DNA of 64,000 bases from positions 160,001 through 224,000 of the forward strand of contig JBPOFY010000004.1 of NCBI GenBank assembly GCA_051252375.1, read 5' to 3'. Origin of the DNA: Opitutaceae bacterium (GTDB taxonomy: Bacteria > Verrucomicrobiota > Verrucomicrobiia > Opitutales > Coraliomargaritaceae). Below, piece after piece: positions 30,460 to 40,805 of the stretch. The position numbers were made by a program, and so were the translations under genes. The notes beneath the pieces are model-generated. The model did no database searches and was not told the origin of the DNA. It was given only the letters and a program-made list of their open reading frames with translations. The number at the start of each line of letters is the position of its first letter. Within the stretch, counting starts at the first letter, position 1.

Positions 30460-31008
30460 TCAGTATTGACCGTTTTCTCGGCGCTCTAGCTCAGCAAGTT
30501 CTTCCTGAGCTTTGGCGATACGCTCTTGAGCCTCTTGGATGCGACGTGCGCGGGCTTGAGATTCTTCGTAGGCCTTCTTCTTGGCGGCGAGTTCAGCTTC
30601 GACTCGAGCGGCTTCACGCTCGGCGGCAGCTACGTCCGATGAAGTCGCTTTACGGGCGATCGCGTCGCGAACCTTCTGTGCCTCAAGTGCCTTAATGTCT
30701 TCTTCGAGCTTATTTTGCTCACGGACTTCTTGCTCATACTCGTATTGGCGCTGCGCTTCGGCAGCTTCGAGCTCTTCTTTGCGCTTGTCCAATTCGTTAC
30801 CAGCCATGCCGCCGATGGCACCTCCGATAACTGCGCCTGCGATGACATTTCCATCGCCACCGTCACCCATTTGGTGCCCTGCGATGCCGCCTAAGATCGC
30901 ACCGGCAATGATACCGATGTCGCGCTTTTGTGTGCCGCTATTGGATGCGCAACCACTGAAGATCAACGCGAGAACTAGTAAAACGGGTGTAATTGAAAAT
31001 TTAATCAT
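30460..31008 (-). CDS. Glycine-zipper lipoprotein with coiled-coil tail
   Basis: Lipobox IFSGC; GAILGGIAG...GAVIGGAIGG. Confidence 0.85.
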   Translation of the reverse strand: MIKFSITPVLLVLALIFSGCASNSGTQKRDIGIIAGAILGGIAGHQMGDGGDGNVIAGAVIGGAIGGMAGNELDKRKEELEAAEAQRQYEYEQEVREQNKLEEDIKALEAQKVRDAIARKATSSDVAAAEREAARVEAELAAKKKAYEESQARARRIQEAQERIAKAQEELAELERRENGQY

Positions 31009-31065
31009 AAGAAATACTTTAAAGGCCTATATTTAGAATGCAATCCACAGCTGCAATCCACTCAT

Positions 31066-31692
31066 CTAAAATCCATTCACGCTGACAGGTGCTCTTTCCA
31101 ATAAATCATTGGTCTTCAGTTCGGCGAGACCGATATCAATCTTGGCATCTACGAAAAGAAGGCTGTCTCCACCCATCTTCTTCGCTCGAACAGAGCCGTC
31201 ACTACTTACCATTTCATAACCAAAAGCACTCGGCTCGAGTTCCTCTTTCTCGATTTTCTTCCAACCTGAGCCACCGCCTTGTAAAGCAATGAGGTAATTC
31301 ATCTCATACTCGCTCATCGATTGGCTGCGTTTGTAAACCTCCAGGACTGACTTGCCGCCCACATAGAGGACATGCACATCCCACCCTGGCTGCACTCGTT
31401 TATCTTCCAACTCAGATGCCATTGGGCGACGTCCATCTGCCGTCTTGTAATAAATCCGCACATCCGTGGAGCTGGTCATAAAATCAAGATACTTGTTGTA
31501 AGGCATTCCTTTGCGTCGGCTGCTTTCCACAGTAGCATCACGATAAATGATACCGCCAGAGCCGAATAAGCGGCGCTCAATCGCCTCCTTCGACTCTCCC
31601 ACCCGGGCGTCCGCGGTGTAAGGGCTCATAATAATGACTGCGATGCTTGCCAATAAGGTGGCGAGCGCTCCTTGCAATGTGGGGTATTTCAT
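31066..31692 (-). CDS. Hypothetical secreted protein
   Basis: Signal peptide ending ADA; 208-aa protein-like ORF. Confidence 0.7.
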   Translation of the reverse strand: MKYPTLQGALATLLASIAVIIMSPYTADARVGESKEAIERRLFGSGGIIYRDATVESSRRKGMPYNKYLDFMTSSTDVRIYYKTADGRRPMASELEDKRVQPGWDVHVLYVGGKSVLEVYKRSQSMSEYEMNYLIALQGGGSGWKKIEKEELEPSAFGYEMVSSDGSVRAKKMGGDSLLFVDAKIDIGLAELKTNDLLERAPVSVNGF

Positions 31693-31747
31693 TATTGAGA
31701 TAAGACAGCGAAAAACCCTGACTGTTCAAGATAAACCAGCCCACCGC

Positions 31748-33034
31748 ATGAAGAACACCTTTTATAACAGCTTTGACCTCGAACGCCCCGAGAGCACCCC
31801 TAGCACCGAAGGTGACCATCGTAATGCATTTCAGATCGAGCGGGACCGCATCATTTTCTCCTATCCTTTCCGACGCCTCCAATCGAAGACGCAGGTCTTT
31901 CAGTCTGGCGAATATGACTTTTACCGCACCCGCCTAACCCACTCCATAGAAGTCGCCAAAATCGGTCGCTCTATCTGCGAATACCTCCGAGCTAGTGCCG
32001 ACCAACTGAATGACAGCTTCTACATTGATGCCGACCTGACTGAAGCAGTCGGACTGGCTCACGACCTCGGGCACCCGCCGTTCGGTCACATCGGCGAGCG
32101 CAAGCTCAATGATTTGATGGCACCCCATGGTGGCTTTGAAGGCAATGGACAAACACTCCGAATTCTAACTGAACTCATTTACGAGCGCCCCGGCAGCACC
32201 AAGGGCATCGCCCCCACCCGCGCGTTTCTCGACGGGGTGATGAAATACAAAGCGCTACACAGCGAGCGCATCGCCCAGGACGGGCGCGCACCGGACAACC
32301 ACTTTATCTACGACGATCAAGTCGCCCATCGTGATATCATCTTTGGTGGGCAAACAATCCCCGCTGAGCTGCAATCACACAAGGCACTGAACAGTTTCAA
32401 AAGTATCGAATGCCAGATCATGGATTGGGCAGACGACACCGCCTACTCACTGCACGACATTGTCGACGGGATACATGCCCGCTATATTTCGATCGGCAGC
32501 TTGACCGAATGGGCAGCCAGCCAAACGCTCGATCCAGAGCAAACCAAACTCGTCGATAAGCTCTGCCATGTCATCCGCGAAAACCGCTACGAGCCCTACT
32601 TCGGGTCCCGAGTGGGTAAATTCGTCAACGCCTGCACCCTTGCGTCCCGATCCGGTTTTCTTTCTAGCCAGACCAATCGTCACGCTTTCGACCTCATCAT
32701 CGCCCCTGAAGTCAAAGCCGAAAGCAGACTCTACAAAAAGATCGCACTCGATCTGATCTTTCGTTCGCCCCAGCTCCAACAGATCGAATTCAAAGGTGGT
32801 TACATCCTCGAGCATCTATTCAAAGCACTGTGCGACAATTGCGCCGATCCGGAAACACAAGGTCTACGCATTCTCCCTGCTCGCGAACAAATCCTACTCA
32901 AAGAAGAGCCCAACGAATCTGGCCGCTATCGCCGCCTCTGCGACTACACCGCCGGCCTAACCGACGACCTCGCCGTCCGCACTTACAAGCGCCTCTTCGA
33001 TCCCGATTTCGGCTCCATCGCCGAGCTCACTTAG
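31748..33034 (+). CDS. dgt: dNTP triphosphohydrolase (dGTPase, HD family)
   Basis: [38 protein letters not shown]. Start taken at MKNTF. Confidence 0.93.
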   Translation: MKNTFYNSFDLERPESTPSTEGDHRNAFQIERDRIIFSYPFRRLQSKTQVFQSGEYDFYRTRLTHSIEVAKIGRSICEYLRASADQLNDSFYIDADLTEAVGLAHDLGHPPFGHIGERKLNDLMAPHGGFEGNGQTLRILTELIYERPGSTKGIAPTRAFLDGVMKYKALHSERIAQDGRAPDNHFIYDDQVAHRDIIFGGQTIPAELQSHKALNSFKSIECQIMDWADDTAYSLHDIVDGIHARYISIGSLTEWAASQTLDPEQTKLVDKLCHVIRENRYEPYFGSRVGKFVNACTLASRSGFLSSQTNRHAFDLIIAPEVKAESRLYKKIALDLIFRSPQLQQIEFKGGYILEHLFKALCDNCADPETQGLRILPAREQILLKEEPNESGRYRRLCDYTAGLTDDLAVRTYKRLFDPDFGSIAELT

Positions 33035-33035
33035 A

Positions 33036-33103
33036 AAGTGACACAGACATTCCTGTCTGTGCTTGTTCGAGGTATACCACAGGCAGGAATGTCTGTGTCA
33101 CTT
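33036..33103. repeat. GTGA-type REPIN-like inverted repeat between convergent dgt and cstA
   Basis: AAGTGACACAGACATTCCTGTCTGTG ... CACAGGCAGGAATGTCTGTGTCACTT (1 mismatch). Confidence 0.85.
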
Positions 33104-33109
33104 CACGAC

Positions 33110-34720
33110 CTAAGCCTCCGCGATTTCGATCACTACTGGTGCCATCACAAACTTCAACGACATCACAGTCACATAAAGTCCAAGGAGCACCATCGCCAGC
33201 GCGATACCGCCGAGCATACTGAAGACTCCGTGCTGGAAAACCATCATGAGCAATGCCGCAATCGGCATGACCACCATCACCGCTGCCGGAACTATCGCGA
33301 AACCAAAGGCGATACGGCGATGCTTCAAGAACACCACAAAGGTAATCAGAGCCAGCGCGGCGAGCAGCTGATTCGTTGCGCCAAACAGCGGCCAAATCGC
33401 TTTCCAGACAGGAAGAACGGTGCCATCGGGTGCCGTATAGGTGCCGAACGCGGCAGCTGCTGGTAATGCCAAAACAAGAAAGGTCCCGAGGTAACGACTA
33501 CTCGCACCACGCCAATCGAATAGTTCTTCCAGCAGGAAACGAGTCAAGCGAGTGCAAGTATCTAAAGTTGTCAGCAAAAAGGTGCTCACTGCCAGGGTCG
33601 CAAATGTCAGACCGATATCTTGCGGCACACCCAATGCTCCAAAGAACACTGCCGAACCACGTGCAAAGGTCGCCACAGGACCACCTTCCATACCGCCAGA
33701 CACGCCCACACAGGCCAAGGCAAAGACAGCGAGCAATCCTTCCACGAGCATTGCTCCATAGGATATCTTCTTCACGTCACACTCTGTCTGTAACTGCTTC
33801 GAAGTGGTCCCACTACTGACGATGCTATGAAATCCACTGCACGCGCCACAGGCGACCGTGATAAAAAGAAACGGCACCATGTAGCTCCAATCACTGGGAT
33901 GAAAACTCGTGTATGCCGGCAATTCAAAATTCCCGCCCCGAACCACGAGACCGACGAGACCGATCAACATAATCGCATACAAAAAGGTCGCGCTCAAAAA
34001 GTCACGTGGCTGCATCAATACACCCACCGGTAAAATCGCCGCACAGTAGCAATAGACTAACACGGCACCCATCCAAATGTTTTTCTCTACGCCGATTGCC
34101 GGAAACGACACACCGATCCAAAGCCCCAAATACGTGAGCACCACAAAAGCGGGAATCACTATTTTATAAGAGATACCCGACTTCCGCGCCACCAATCCAA
34201 ATATCAGCGCCACAATAATAAACCAACCTGAAGAAGTCGCGACCGCTGGTTGATTGACGAATCCCGCCACCGTCAAATCAAGGAAAACCACGATCACATA
34301 AACTAGAGCGAGGAGCACAAAAATAAGAAACAACTTCCCGGTCGTCTCCCCGATCAGATTACGACAAGTCGCCGTGATCGAACGCCCGCGATAACGCAAC
34401 GACATCAACGTGCTGCCGAAGTCATGCACCCCACCAACGAAGATAGAGCCCACGATGATCCACATCCAAGTCGGGAACCAACCAAAGACCGAAGCCGCGA
34501 TGATCGGGCCAACAATCGGTCCTGCCCCTGCAATCGAGGAAAAGTGATGCCCAAACAGGACGGATGCACGAGTCGGCACGTAGTCGACCCCATCATTGAT
34601 CTCACATGCAGGCGTCTCCCGATCCGGTTCGATCCGGCAACGGCGTTCTAAAAAGGCCCCATAAAAACGGTAGGCGACAGCAAGTAAAACCGCAGAGAGT
34701 AGTAGTAAAGAGACGAGCAT
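33110..34720 (-). CDS. cstA: Carbon starvation protein A (peptide/pyruvate transporter family)
   Basis: [45 protein letters not shown]. Confidence 0.93.
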   Translation of the reverse strand: MLVSLLLLSAVLLAVAYRFYGAFLERRCRIEPDRETPACEINDGVDYVPTRASVLFGHHFSSIAGAGPIVGPIIAASVFGWFPTWMWIIVGSIFVGGVHDFGSTLMSLRYRGRSITATCRNLIGETTGKLFLIFVLLALVYVIVVFLDLTVAGFVNQPAVATSSGWFIIVALIFGLVARKSGISYKIVIPAFVVLTYLGLWIGVSFPAIGVEKNIWMGAVLVYCYCAAILPVGVLMQPRDFLSATFLYAIMLIGLVGLVVRGGNFELPAYTSFHPSDWSYMVPFLFITVACGACSGFHSIVSSGTTSKQLQTECDVKKISYGAMLVEGLLAVFALACVGVSGGMEGGPVATFARGSAVFFGALGVPQDIGLTFATLAVSTFLLTTLDTCTRLTRFLLEELFDWRGASSRYLGTFLVLALPAAAAFGTYTAPDGTVLPVWKAIWPLFGATNQLLAALALITFVVFLKHRRIAFGFAIVPAAVMVVMPIAALLMMVFQHGVFSMLGGIALAMVLLGLYVTVMSLKFVMAPVVIEIAEA

Positions 34721-34798
34721 ATCAGTAGTTGTGACGTGTGCGCAGAATGACACTGGTTCCACAGGGCGATCAATCTCATTCCTCGCCGCAATATACCA

Positions 34799-34827
34799 TT
34801 GACAGTATATACTAAATTAAGAATATA
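34799..34827 (+). promoter_or_regulatory. Candidate ars promoter (-35 TTGACA) with adjacent imperfect palindrome, putative ArsR operator
   Basis: TTGACA at 34799-34804. TATATACTAAATTAAGAATATA at 34806-34827 pairs at 9 of 11 positions. The -10 box is not clear. Confidence 0.5.
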
Positions 34828-34836
34828 GGTAACCAC

Positions 34837-35220
34837 ATGGAAGCCTCCGACATCTACAAATGCATCGCCGACACACAGCGCCTCCGCATCCTCAACTTAT
34901 TGGAAGCGGGACCACTTTGCGTCTGCCACCTCCAAGAGTTACTCAATGTCACACAGGTCAAGATGTCGAAGCAGCTCGCGATCATGAAGCAGCTCGGTCT
35001 CCTCGCATCGCACCGCGAAGGCACTTGGATGGTGTATACACTTGAAGAACCGACCGACGGCCTTCTGCTAAGCAATCTCAACTATCTGCGCGAAGCCGAC
35101 TGCGCAGAGTGTAATCAACTACAACGCGACCTACTGAATCGCGGCAAACTCATCCTACGCATCACGGGCAACGGCGAAGACTGCCCCGAAGGCGTCTGCC
35201 AAAGCGCGAACTGCTGCTGA
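34837..35220 (+). CDS. arsR: ArsR/SmtB-family arsenic-responsive repressor
   Basis: [28 protein letters not shown]. Cys-rich tail ends in CC. Confidence 0.92.
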   Translation: MEASDIYKCIADTQRLRILNLLEAGPLCVCHLQELLNVTQVKMSKQLAIMKQLGLLASHREGTWMVYTLEEPTDGLLLSNLNYLREADCAECNQLQRDLLNRGKLILRITGNGEDCPEGVCQSANCC

Positions 35221-35256
35221 GTCGCTTCTATAAACAATAATACGCAGACTCACTTT

Positions 35257-35334
35257 GGTAGCGGCGCTTGTCCCTAAGCGCCATCAGTGAAAAGCGGTCC
35301 ATGCGTATGGCGCTTAGGGACAAGCGCCGCTACC
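35257..35334. repeat. GTAG-family REPIN-like perfect inverted repeat (28-bp arms)
   Basis: GGTAGCGGCGCTTGTCCCTAAGCGCCAT, 22-nt spacer, then the exact reverse complement. Confidence 0.9.
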
Positions 35335-35365
35335 TTTCAAAATTTAAACACAGCACCACCAATTT

Positions 35366-35539
35366 ATGAACGAAACAAACGACAGCCTCAAACCCGAGAA
35401 AGCCACCGAGCCCGAGCCCGGTTTCTTCAACCGCATGTTCACAAAGTTGGACAACAGCATGAAAGCCAAGGCCGACGAGGCAGCAAAAAATGAATGCTGC
35501 TCTCCGAACGATAAGGGCAAAGGCGGCAAGTGCTGCTGA
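35366..35539 (+). CDS. Small (57 aa) protein with two vicinal Cys pairs, absent from the ORF track
   Basis: Manual translation: MNETNDSLKPEKATEPEPGFFNRMFTKLDNSMKAKADEAAKNECCSPNDKGKGGKCC*. Co-oriented between arsR and arsP, with host-like C-ending codons. Confidence 0.75.
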   Translation: MNETNDSLKPEKATEPEPGFFNRMFTKLDNSMKAKADEAAKNECCSPNDKGKGGKCC

Positions 35540-35549
35540 TCGAGATACG

Positions 35550-35613
35550 TGTGAAACAGACATTCCTGTCTGTTCAATTCACAACACCGACAGACAGGAA
35601 TGTCTGTCTCACA
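35550..35613. repeat. GTGA-type REPIN-like inverted repeat (second copy)
   Basis: TGTGAAACAGACATTCCTGTCTGT ... ACAGACAGGAATGTCTGTCTCACA. Confidence 0.85.
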
Positions 35614-35620
35614 AAAAATC

Positions 35621-36574
35621 ATGCTCACTGAAATCATCAACCTCCTGATCTACGACTGGATCGGCATGGACGAAAGCTCGCGCCTTGCGGGTGCCGTGCA
35701 CTTCTTTCTCTACGACACGATTAAGATATTCTTACTGCTTGCGGTGATGATTTTTGCGATCGGCGTGATCCGCACTTGGTTACCAGAACAACGCCTCAAG
35801 CAGTGGATGGGGCGTGGCGGTTTGTGGGGCAACTTAGTCGCGGCGCTCTTCGGTGCCATCACACCCTTCTGCTCCTGCTCTTCCATTCCGATCTTCATCA
35901 GTTTACTCAAAGCAGGCGTTCCACTAGGTGTGACTTTTTCGTTCCTGATCACCTCGCCAATTATCAACGAGTATTTAGTCATCCTCATGGTCGGTGAGTT
36001 CGGGCTTCCAGTGACCGTAGCCTATGTCGGTAGCGGCCTCTTGATCGGCACCGTAGCAGGTGCCATCCTCGGACGCCTCAAATTAGAAAAATATTTAGAA
36101 GCCGACATCCTTGCCTCAGCGAACGCCACCTCCGAAGTCATTGAGCACACTGTCAGTTCACGGCTTCGCTATGGATGGGACGAAGCGATCACGGTGATCA
36201 AACAAATCTGGCTCTGGGTAATCGTCGGCGTCGCGATTGGTGCCTTCATCCACAACTACGTGCCACAAGAAACCATCCACTCTTTGATGGAAGCCACCGG
36301 TATTTTCTCCGTGCCAATTGCAACTGTGCTCGGCGTGCCGATGTATGGTAGTTGCGCCGCCATCGTGCCCATCGCCGTCGTGCTTTTCCAAAAAGGTATT
36401 CCACTCGGCACCGCCCTAGCCTTTATGATGGCCATGGCCGCTCTCAGTTTGCCCGAAGCCATTATGCTGCGCCGCACGATGCACCTAAAACTCATCGGCA
36501 TCTACTTCGGCATCACCACCCTAGCGATCATCTTCACCGGCTATCTGCTCAACGCATTGGCTGAATTCCTTTAG
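35621..36574 (+). CDS. arsP: ArsP/DUF318 permease (methylarsenite efflux family)
   Basis: [27 protein letters not shown]. The upstream ATG at 35600 lies inside a repeat, so 35621 was used. Confidence 0.88.
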   Translation: MLTEIINLLIYDWIGMDESSRLAGAVHFFLYDTIKIFLLLAVMIFAIGVIRTWLPEQRLKQWMGRGGLWGNLVAALFGAITPFCSCSSIPIFISLLKAGVPLGVTFSFLITSPIINEYLVILMVGEFGLPVTVAYVGSGLLIGTVAGAILGRLKLEKYLEADILASANATSEVIEHTVSSRLRYGWDEAITVIKQIWLWVIVGVAIGAFIHNYVPQETIHSLMEATGIFSVPIATVLGVPMYGSCAAIVPIAVVLFQKGIPLGTALAFMMAMAALSLPEAIMLRRTMHLKLIGIYFGITTLAIIFTGYLLNALAEFL

Positions 36575-36675
36575 TCAATGCGTTGAGAACGTCGAACTAT
36601 GAACGTCCAACATCCAATTTCGAATAACTGGCACTACTACTCAACGATTCAACTACTCATCTATTTAACCAATCT

Positions 36676-37134
<459 letters not shown>

Positions 37135-37183
37135 ATGATTACAATCGGTTCAGTCACAAATAATAAACGAATAGGAAAATTAA

Positions 37184-38191
37184 ATGGCTAAGAAAAAAGT
37201 ATTAATCAATGGATTCGGTAGAATGGGACGTCTCTTTTTTAGAGCAGCCTTCGGCAATAATGAATTTGATATTGTTGCGATCAATGAACTCAAAGGAGGT
37301 GCCACGACGGCGGCTCACTTACTCGAATTTGATTCGGTTCACGGGAAATGGGGAACTGGAAAGATTTCAGTCGCAGGCGAAACGATCAGCGTCGATGGCC
37401 AGGAGATTCGGTTCAGCAATGCTGCAACACCCGAAGACATTGATGTGACGGGAATCGATATCGTGGTCGAATGCTCCGGGAAATTTAAAGATGAAGCCTC
37501 GCTCCAACCCTATTACGATCATGGGGTGCCTAAAGTCCTCGTCTCTGCACCTGTAAAAGGACGTGCCTTGAATGTAGTTTATGGCGTCAACGATGACCAG
37601 TATGATCCCGAGGCACACGATCTAGTGACAGCCGCATCCTGCACCACCAACTGCCTGGCACCTGTCGTAAAGGTGATTAAAGAAAAAATCGGGATTGTGC
37701 ATGGCGTGATCACCACGATCCACGACATTACCAATACACAGACGATTATTGATGCGCCTCATAGTGACTTGCGCCGCGCTCGCGCCTGTTCTCAGTCACT
37801 GATTCCGACCACCACTGGATCGGCTACCGCCATTACAATGATCTACCCGGAGCTAAAGGGCAAATTGAATGGCTTGGCGGTGCGCGTTCCTTTACTGAAT
37901 GCTTCAATCACCGATTGTGTTTTTGAAGTCGCACGTGAAACCACCGCTGAAGAAGTCAATGCGCTGCTAAAAGAGGCTTCGGAAACCTATCTCAAAGATA
38001 TTTTGGGGTATGAAGAACGGCCGTTGGTATCGGTCGATTTTAAAGATGATATCCGCTCGTCGATTGTTGATGCGCCTTCCACCATGGTGAATGATGGAAC
38101 ACAGGTGAAAATTCTCGCGTGGTATGACAACGAAGTTGGTTATGTGAACCGCATGGCTGATTTCTGTGCGAAAATAGCGAGACTTAGCTAA
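37184..38191 (+). CDS. ArsJ-associated glyceraldehyde-3-phosphate dehydrogenase
   Basis: [25 protein letters not shown]. Stop overlaps the arsJ start. Confidence 0.92.
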   Translation: MAKKKVLINGFGRMGRLFFRAAFGNNEFDIVAINELKGGATTAAHLLEFDSVHGKWGTGKISVAGETISVDGQEIRFSNAATPEDIDVTGIDIVVECSGKFKDEASLQPYYDHGVPKVLVSAPVKGRALNVVYGVNDDQYDPEAHDLVTAASCTTNCLAPVVKVIKEKIGIVHGVITTIHDITNTQTIIDAPHSDLRRARACSQSLIPTTTGSATAITMIYPELKGKLNGLAVRVPLLNASITDCVFEVARETTAEEVNALLKEASETYLKDILGYEERPLVSVDFKDDIRSSIVDAPSTMVNDGTQVKILAWYDNEVGYVNRMADFCAKIARLS

Positions 38192-39399
38192 TGAATCAGT
38201 TTCGCTCATACGCGGTTGTTACCGGAGCCTATTGGTCGTTTATGTTGACCGATGGGGCTCTGCGTATGCTGGTCCTACTCTATTTTCATGAACTAGGCTA
38301 TGCGCCGACCACGCTCGCATTTCTGTTTCTATTTTATGAGTTCTTCGGCATCGTCACCAATCTATTTGGTGGATGGGGCGCACAGCGTTTCGGGCTGAAA
38401 TCGACCCTTGTATGGGGACTCGCCCTTCAGCCAATCGCGCTGATTGGGCTTAGTTTTATGAATCCCGAATGGGCACCTGCAATGGCGATCCCCTTCGTTA
38501 TGGGGATTCAAGCGCTCTCAGGCATCTCCAAAGACCTCACCAAAATGAGTGCCAAAACGGCGGTCAAATTCTTGATCCCCAAAGACCAACCCTCCTCACT
38601 CTTTAAGTGGGTAGCGGTATTAACAGGATCTAAGAACGCCATTAAAGGTGCTGGTTTTTTTGTCGGTGGATTCCTCCTTCATAAACTAGGCTTTGATTAT
38701 GCACTTTGGGTGCTTGCCGCAATCATCCTACTCGCTCTCGTCTCTTCGCTTCTCTTTTTACCCAATGAGATTGGCGTCACAAAAGCTAAGAGCAAGTTAC
38801 AGGGACTGTTTGACCAAAAGAGAGAGATTAAAATTCTCTCAGCCGCCCGCGTATTCCTCTTTGGCGCCCGCGACATCTGGTTTGTGGTCGCCATCCCTGT
38901 TTTTCTTACATCCACGTTTGAATGGAGTTTCACTCAAGTCGGATCCTTTATGGCCTGCTGGGTCATCGGCTACGGTGCAGTGCAAGCCTTTGCCCCCACC
39001 ATACTGAAACGATTCACCAAAGGTCATGCCCCTGGCGGAAAAGCAGCGCTCACGATCTCATTAATGCTGACTGCAATTATGACCCTGATTGCTGTCTTGT
39101 TTGCTCAAAATATCGCACCGCATATTACCATCGTCGGAGGCCTCCTTCTTTTTGGAGCTGTGTTTGCACTGAACTCAAGCGTCCATTCTTTCTTGATCCT
39201 TGATTATGCCGATGCTGATAAAGCAGCGGTGAATGTGGGCTTTTATTATATGGCCAATGCGACGGGACGTTTGATCGGAACCCTCTTCTCGGGACTCCTA
39301 TTCCAATGGGGCGGCATACTATGGGCTCTGATCGGTTCGGCTCTCTTTCTTGCACTCACCTCAAGTATCACTCTGTTTCTTCCCACAAGAAAGCATTAA
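38191..39399 (+). CDS. arsJ: Organoarsenical efflux MFS transporter ArsJ
   Basis: YWSFMLTDGALRMLVL, KDLTKMSAK, LTGSKNA, GFYYMANA. Confidence 0.93.
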   Translation: MNQFRSYAVVTGAYWSFMLTDGALRMLVLLYFHELGYAPTTLAFLFLFYEFFGIVTNLFGGWGAQRFGLKSTLVWGLALQPIALIGLSFMNPEWAPAMAIPFVMGIQALSGISKDLTKMSAKTAVKFLIPKDQPSSLFKWVAVLTGSKNAIKGAGFFVGGFLLHKLGFDYALWVLAAIILLALVSSLLFLPNEIGVTKAKSKLQGLFDQKREIKILSAARVFLFGARDIWFVVAIPVFLTSTFEWSFTQVGSFMACWVIGYGAVQAFAPTILKRFTKGHAPGGKAALTISLMLTAIMTLIAVLFAQNIAPHITIVGGLLLFGAVFALNSSVHSFLILDYADADKAAVNVGFYYMANATGRLIGTLFSGLLFQWGGILWALIGSALFLALTSSITLFLPTRKH

Positions 39400-39423
39400 G
39401 AAAATAATCTTAATGCGAATGCC

Positions 39424-40476
39424 ATGAAGGAACAAGACAACCAACCTGCTGGAATCAGTTTTTTCGAAAGATACTTAACGGTCTGGGTCGCTCTATGTAT
39501 GCTGTCCGGAATCCTTATCGGAAAGTTCCTGCCAGTGATCCCAGAATTCCTAGGTAAGATGGAGTATGCAAATGTCTCCATCCCTGTCGCGGTGTTGATC
39601 TGGATCATGATCTATCCGATGATGATGAAGGTCGACTTCAAGAGCGTAAAAAATATTAGCAAAAACCCGAAGGGTTTATTCATCACCTGGGTGATCAACT
39701 GGCTGATTAAACCGTTCACGATGTTCGGCATCGCATGGCTGTTCTTTTACGTGATCTTCAAGAACTTGATCCCAGCAGAACTCGCAAAGGACTATCTCGC
39801 CGGAGCAGTATTGTTGGGAGCGGCTCCTTGCACAGCCATGGTCTTCGTCTGGAGCCACCTGACAAAAGGGAACCCCGCCTACACGGTGGTGCAGGTCGCT
39901 ACCAACGACCTGATTATTCTCATAGCGTTTGTGCCGATCGTGAAATTCCTGTTGGGCATCAACGATGTCTTCGTGCCATGGGACACCTTATTCTTGTCGG
40001 TGCTCCTATTCGTAGTAGTGCCACTGGCCGCTGGTATTCTCACACGCAGTCAGATGCTCAAGCGTAAAGGCCATAATTACTTCGAAAACACATTCCTACC
40101 CAAGTTTGGAAACATAACCATTATTGGCCTGCTACTCACTTTGGTTATTATCTTCTCCTTCCAAGGAAATGTTATCCTCAACAATCCGTTACACATTGGG
40201 CTGATTGCTGTGCCTTTGGTCATTCAAACCGTCCTAATCTTCTTTATAGCTTATCTTGCGGCGAAGGCACTAAAACTTCCGCATAATATTGCTGCTCCAG
40301 CAGGTATGATTGGCGCATCAAACTTTTTCGAACTGTCGGTGGCAGTAGCCATTGCCCTATTTGGAACAACCTCACCCGTCGCCCTGGCAACGATTGTAGG
40401 CGTGCTGGTCGAAGTGCCCGTCATGCTCGCTCTCGTCGGATTTGCGAACAGAACTACAAAATGGTTTCACAACTAA
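39424..40476 (+). CDS. acr3: ACR3-family arsenite efflux transporter
   Basis: FERYLTVWV, IYPMM, NWLIKPF, APCTAMVFVWS, SNFFEL, GVLVEVP. Confidence 0.95.
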   Translation: MKEQDNQPAGISFFERYLTVWVALCMLSGILIGKFLPVIPEFLGKMEYANVSIPVAVLIWIMIYPMMMKVDFKSVKNISKNPKGLFITWVINWLIKPFTMFGIAWLFFYVIFKNLIPAELAKDYLAGAVLLGAAPCTAMVFVWSHLTKGNPAYTVVQVATNDLIILIAFVPIVKFLLGINDVFVPWDTLFLSVLLFVVVPLAAGILTRSQMLKRKGHNYFENTFLPKFGNITIIGLLLTLVIIFSFQGNVILNNPLHIGLIAVPLVIQTVLIFFIAYLAAKALKLPHNIAAPAGMIGASNFFELSVAVAIALFGTTSPVALATIVGVLVEVPVMLALVGFANRTTKWFHN

Positions 40477-40805
40477 GTTAGCCCATCTCTTTTGCAGCCT
40501 TCAATCCTGCGGTCACACTCTCGTTATGGCTTTAACGGCTTCATTCCATGGAGCGCATTCCTACTCTATGCCATTGTGCAAGTAATCGCAGCCACAGTCG
40601 CCGGTTATCTATTCCGCTCGATGAAGATTACGAATCCAGAAGAGTTGCCGACTACATAGTCAGGTCTAAGGCAATTTCCAGGCACACCACTCAATACCTT
40701 ATTTTAGGTATAAGGATTTCGGATACAGCTGTTTACAAAACCAATAAGTGTGGAATAGTGTAAAGGATTCACCTTCCCATTGAATCTGAAAAACCCCGCA
40801 CCCCT

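Noticed and set aside
33036..35613. Recurrent 24-28 bp repeats as a CRISPR array
   Set aside because: They are inverted pairs at scattered sites, not direct repeats with unique spacers, and no cas genes are present.
40548..40763. 71-aa ORF between acr3 and the LTD gene
   Set aside because: No motif or coding-like composition; probably promoter region.
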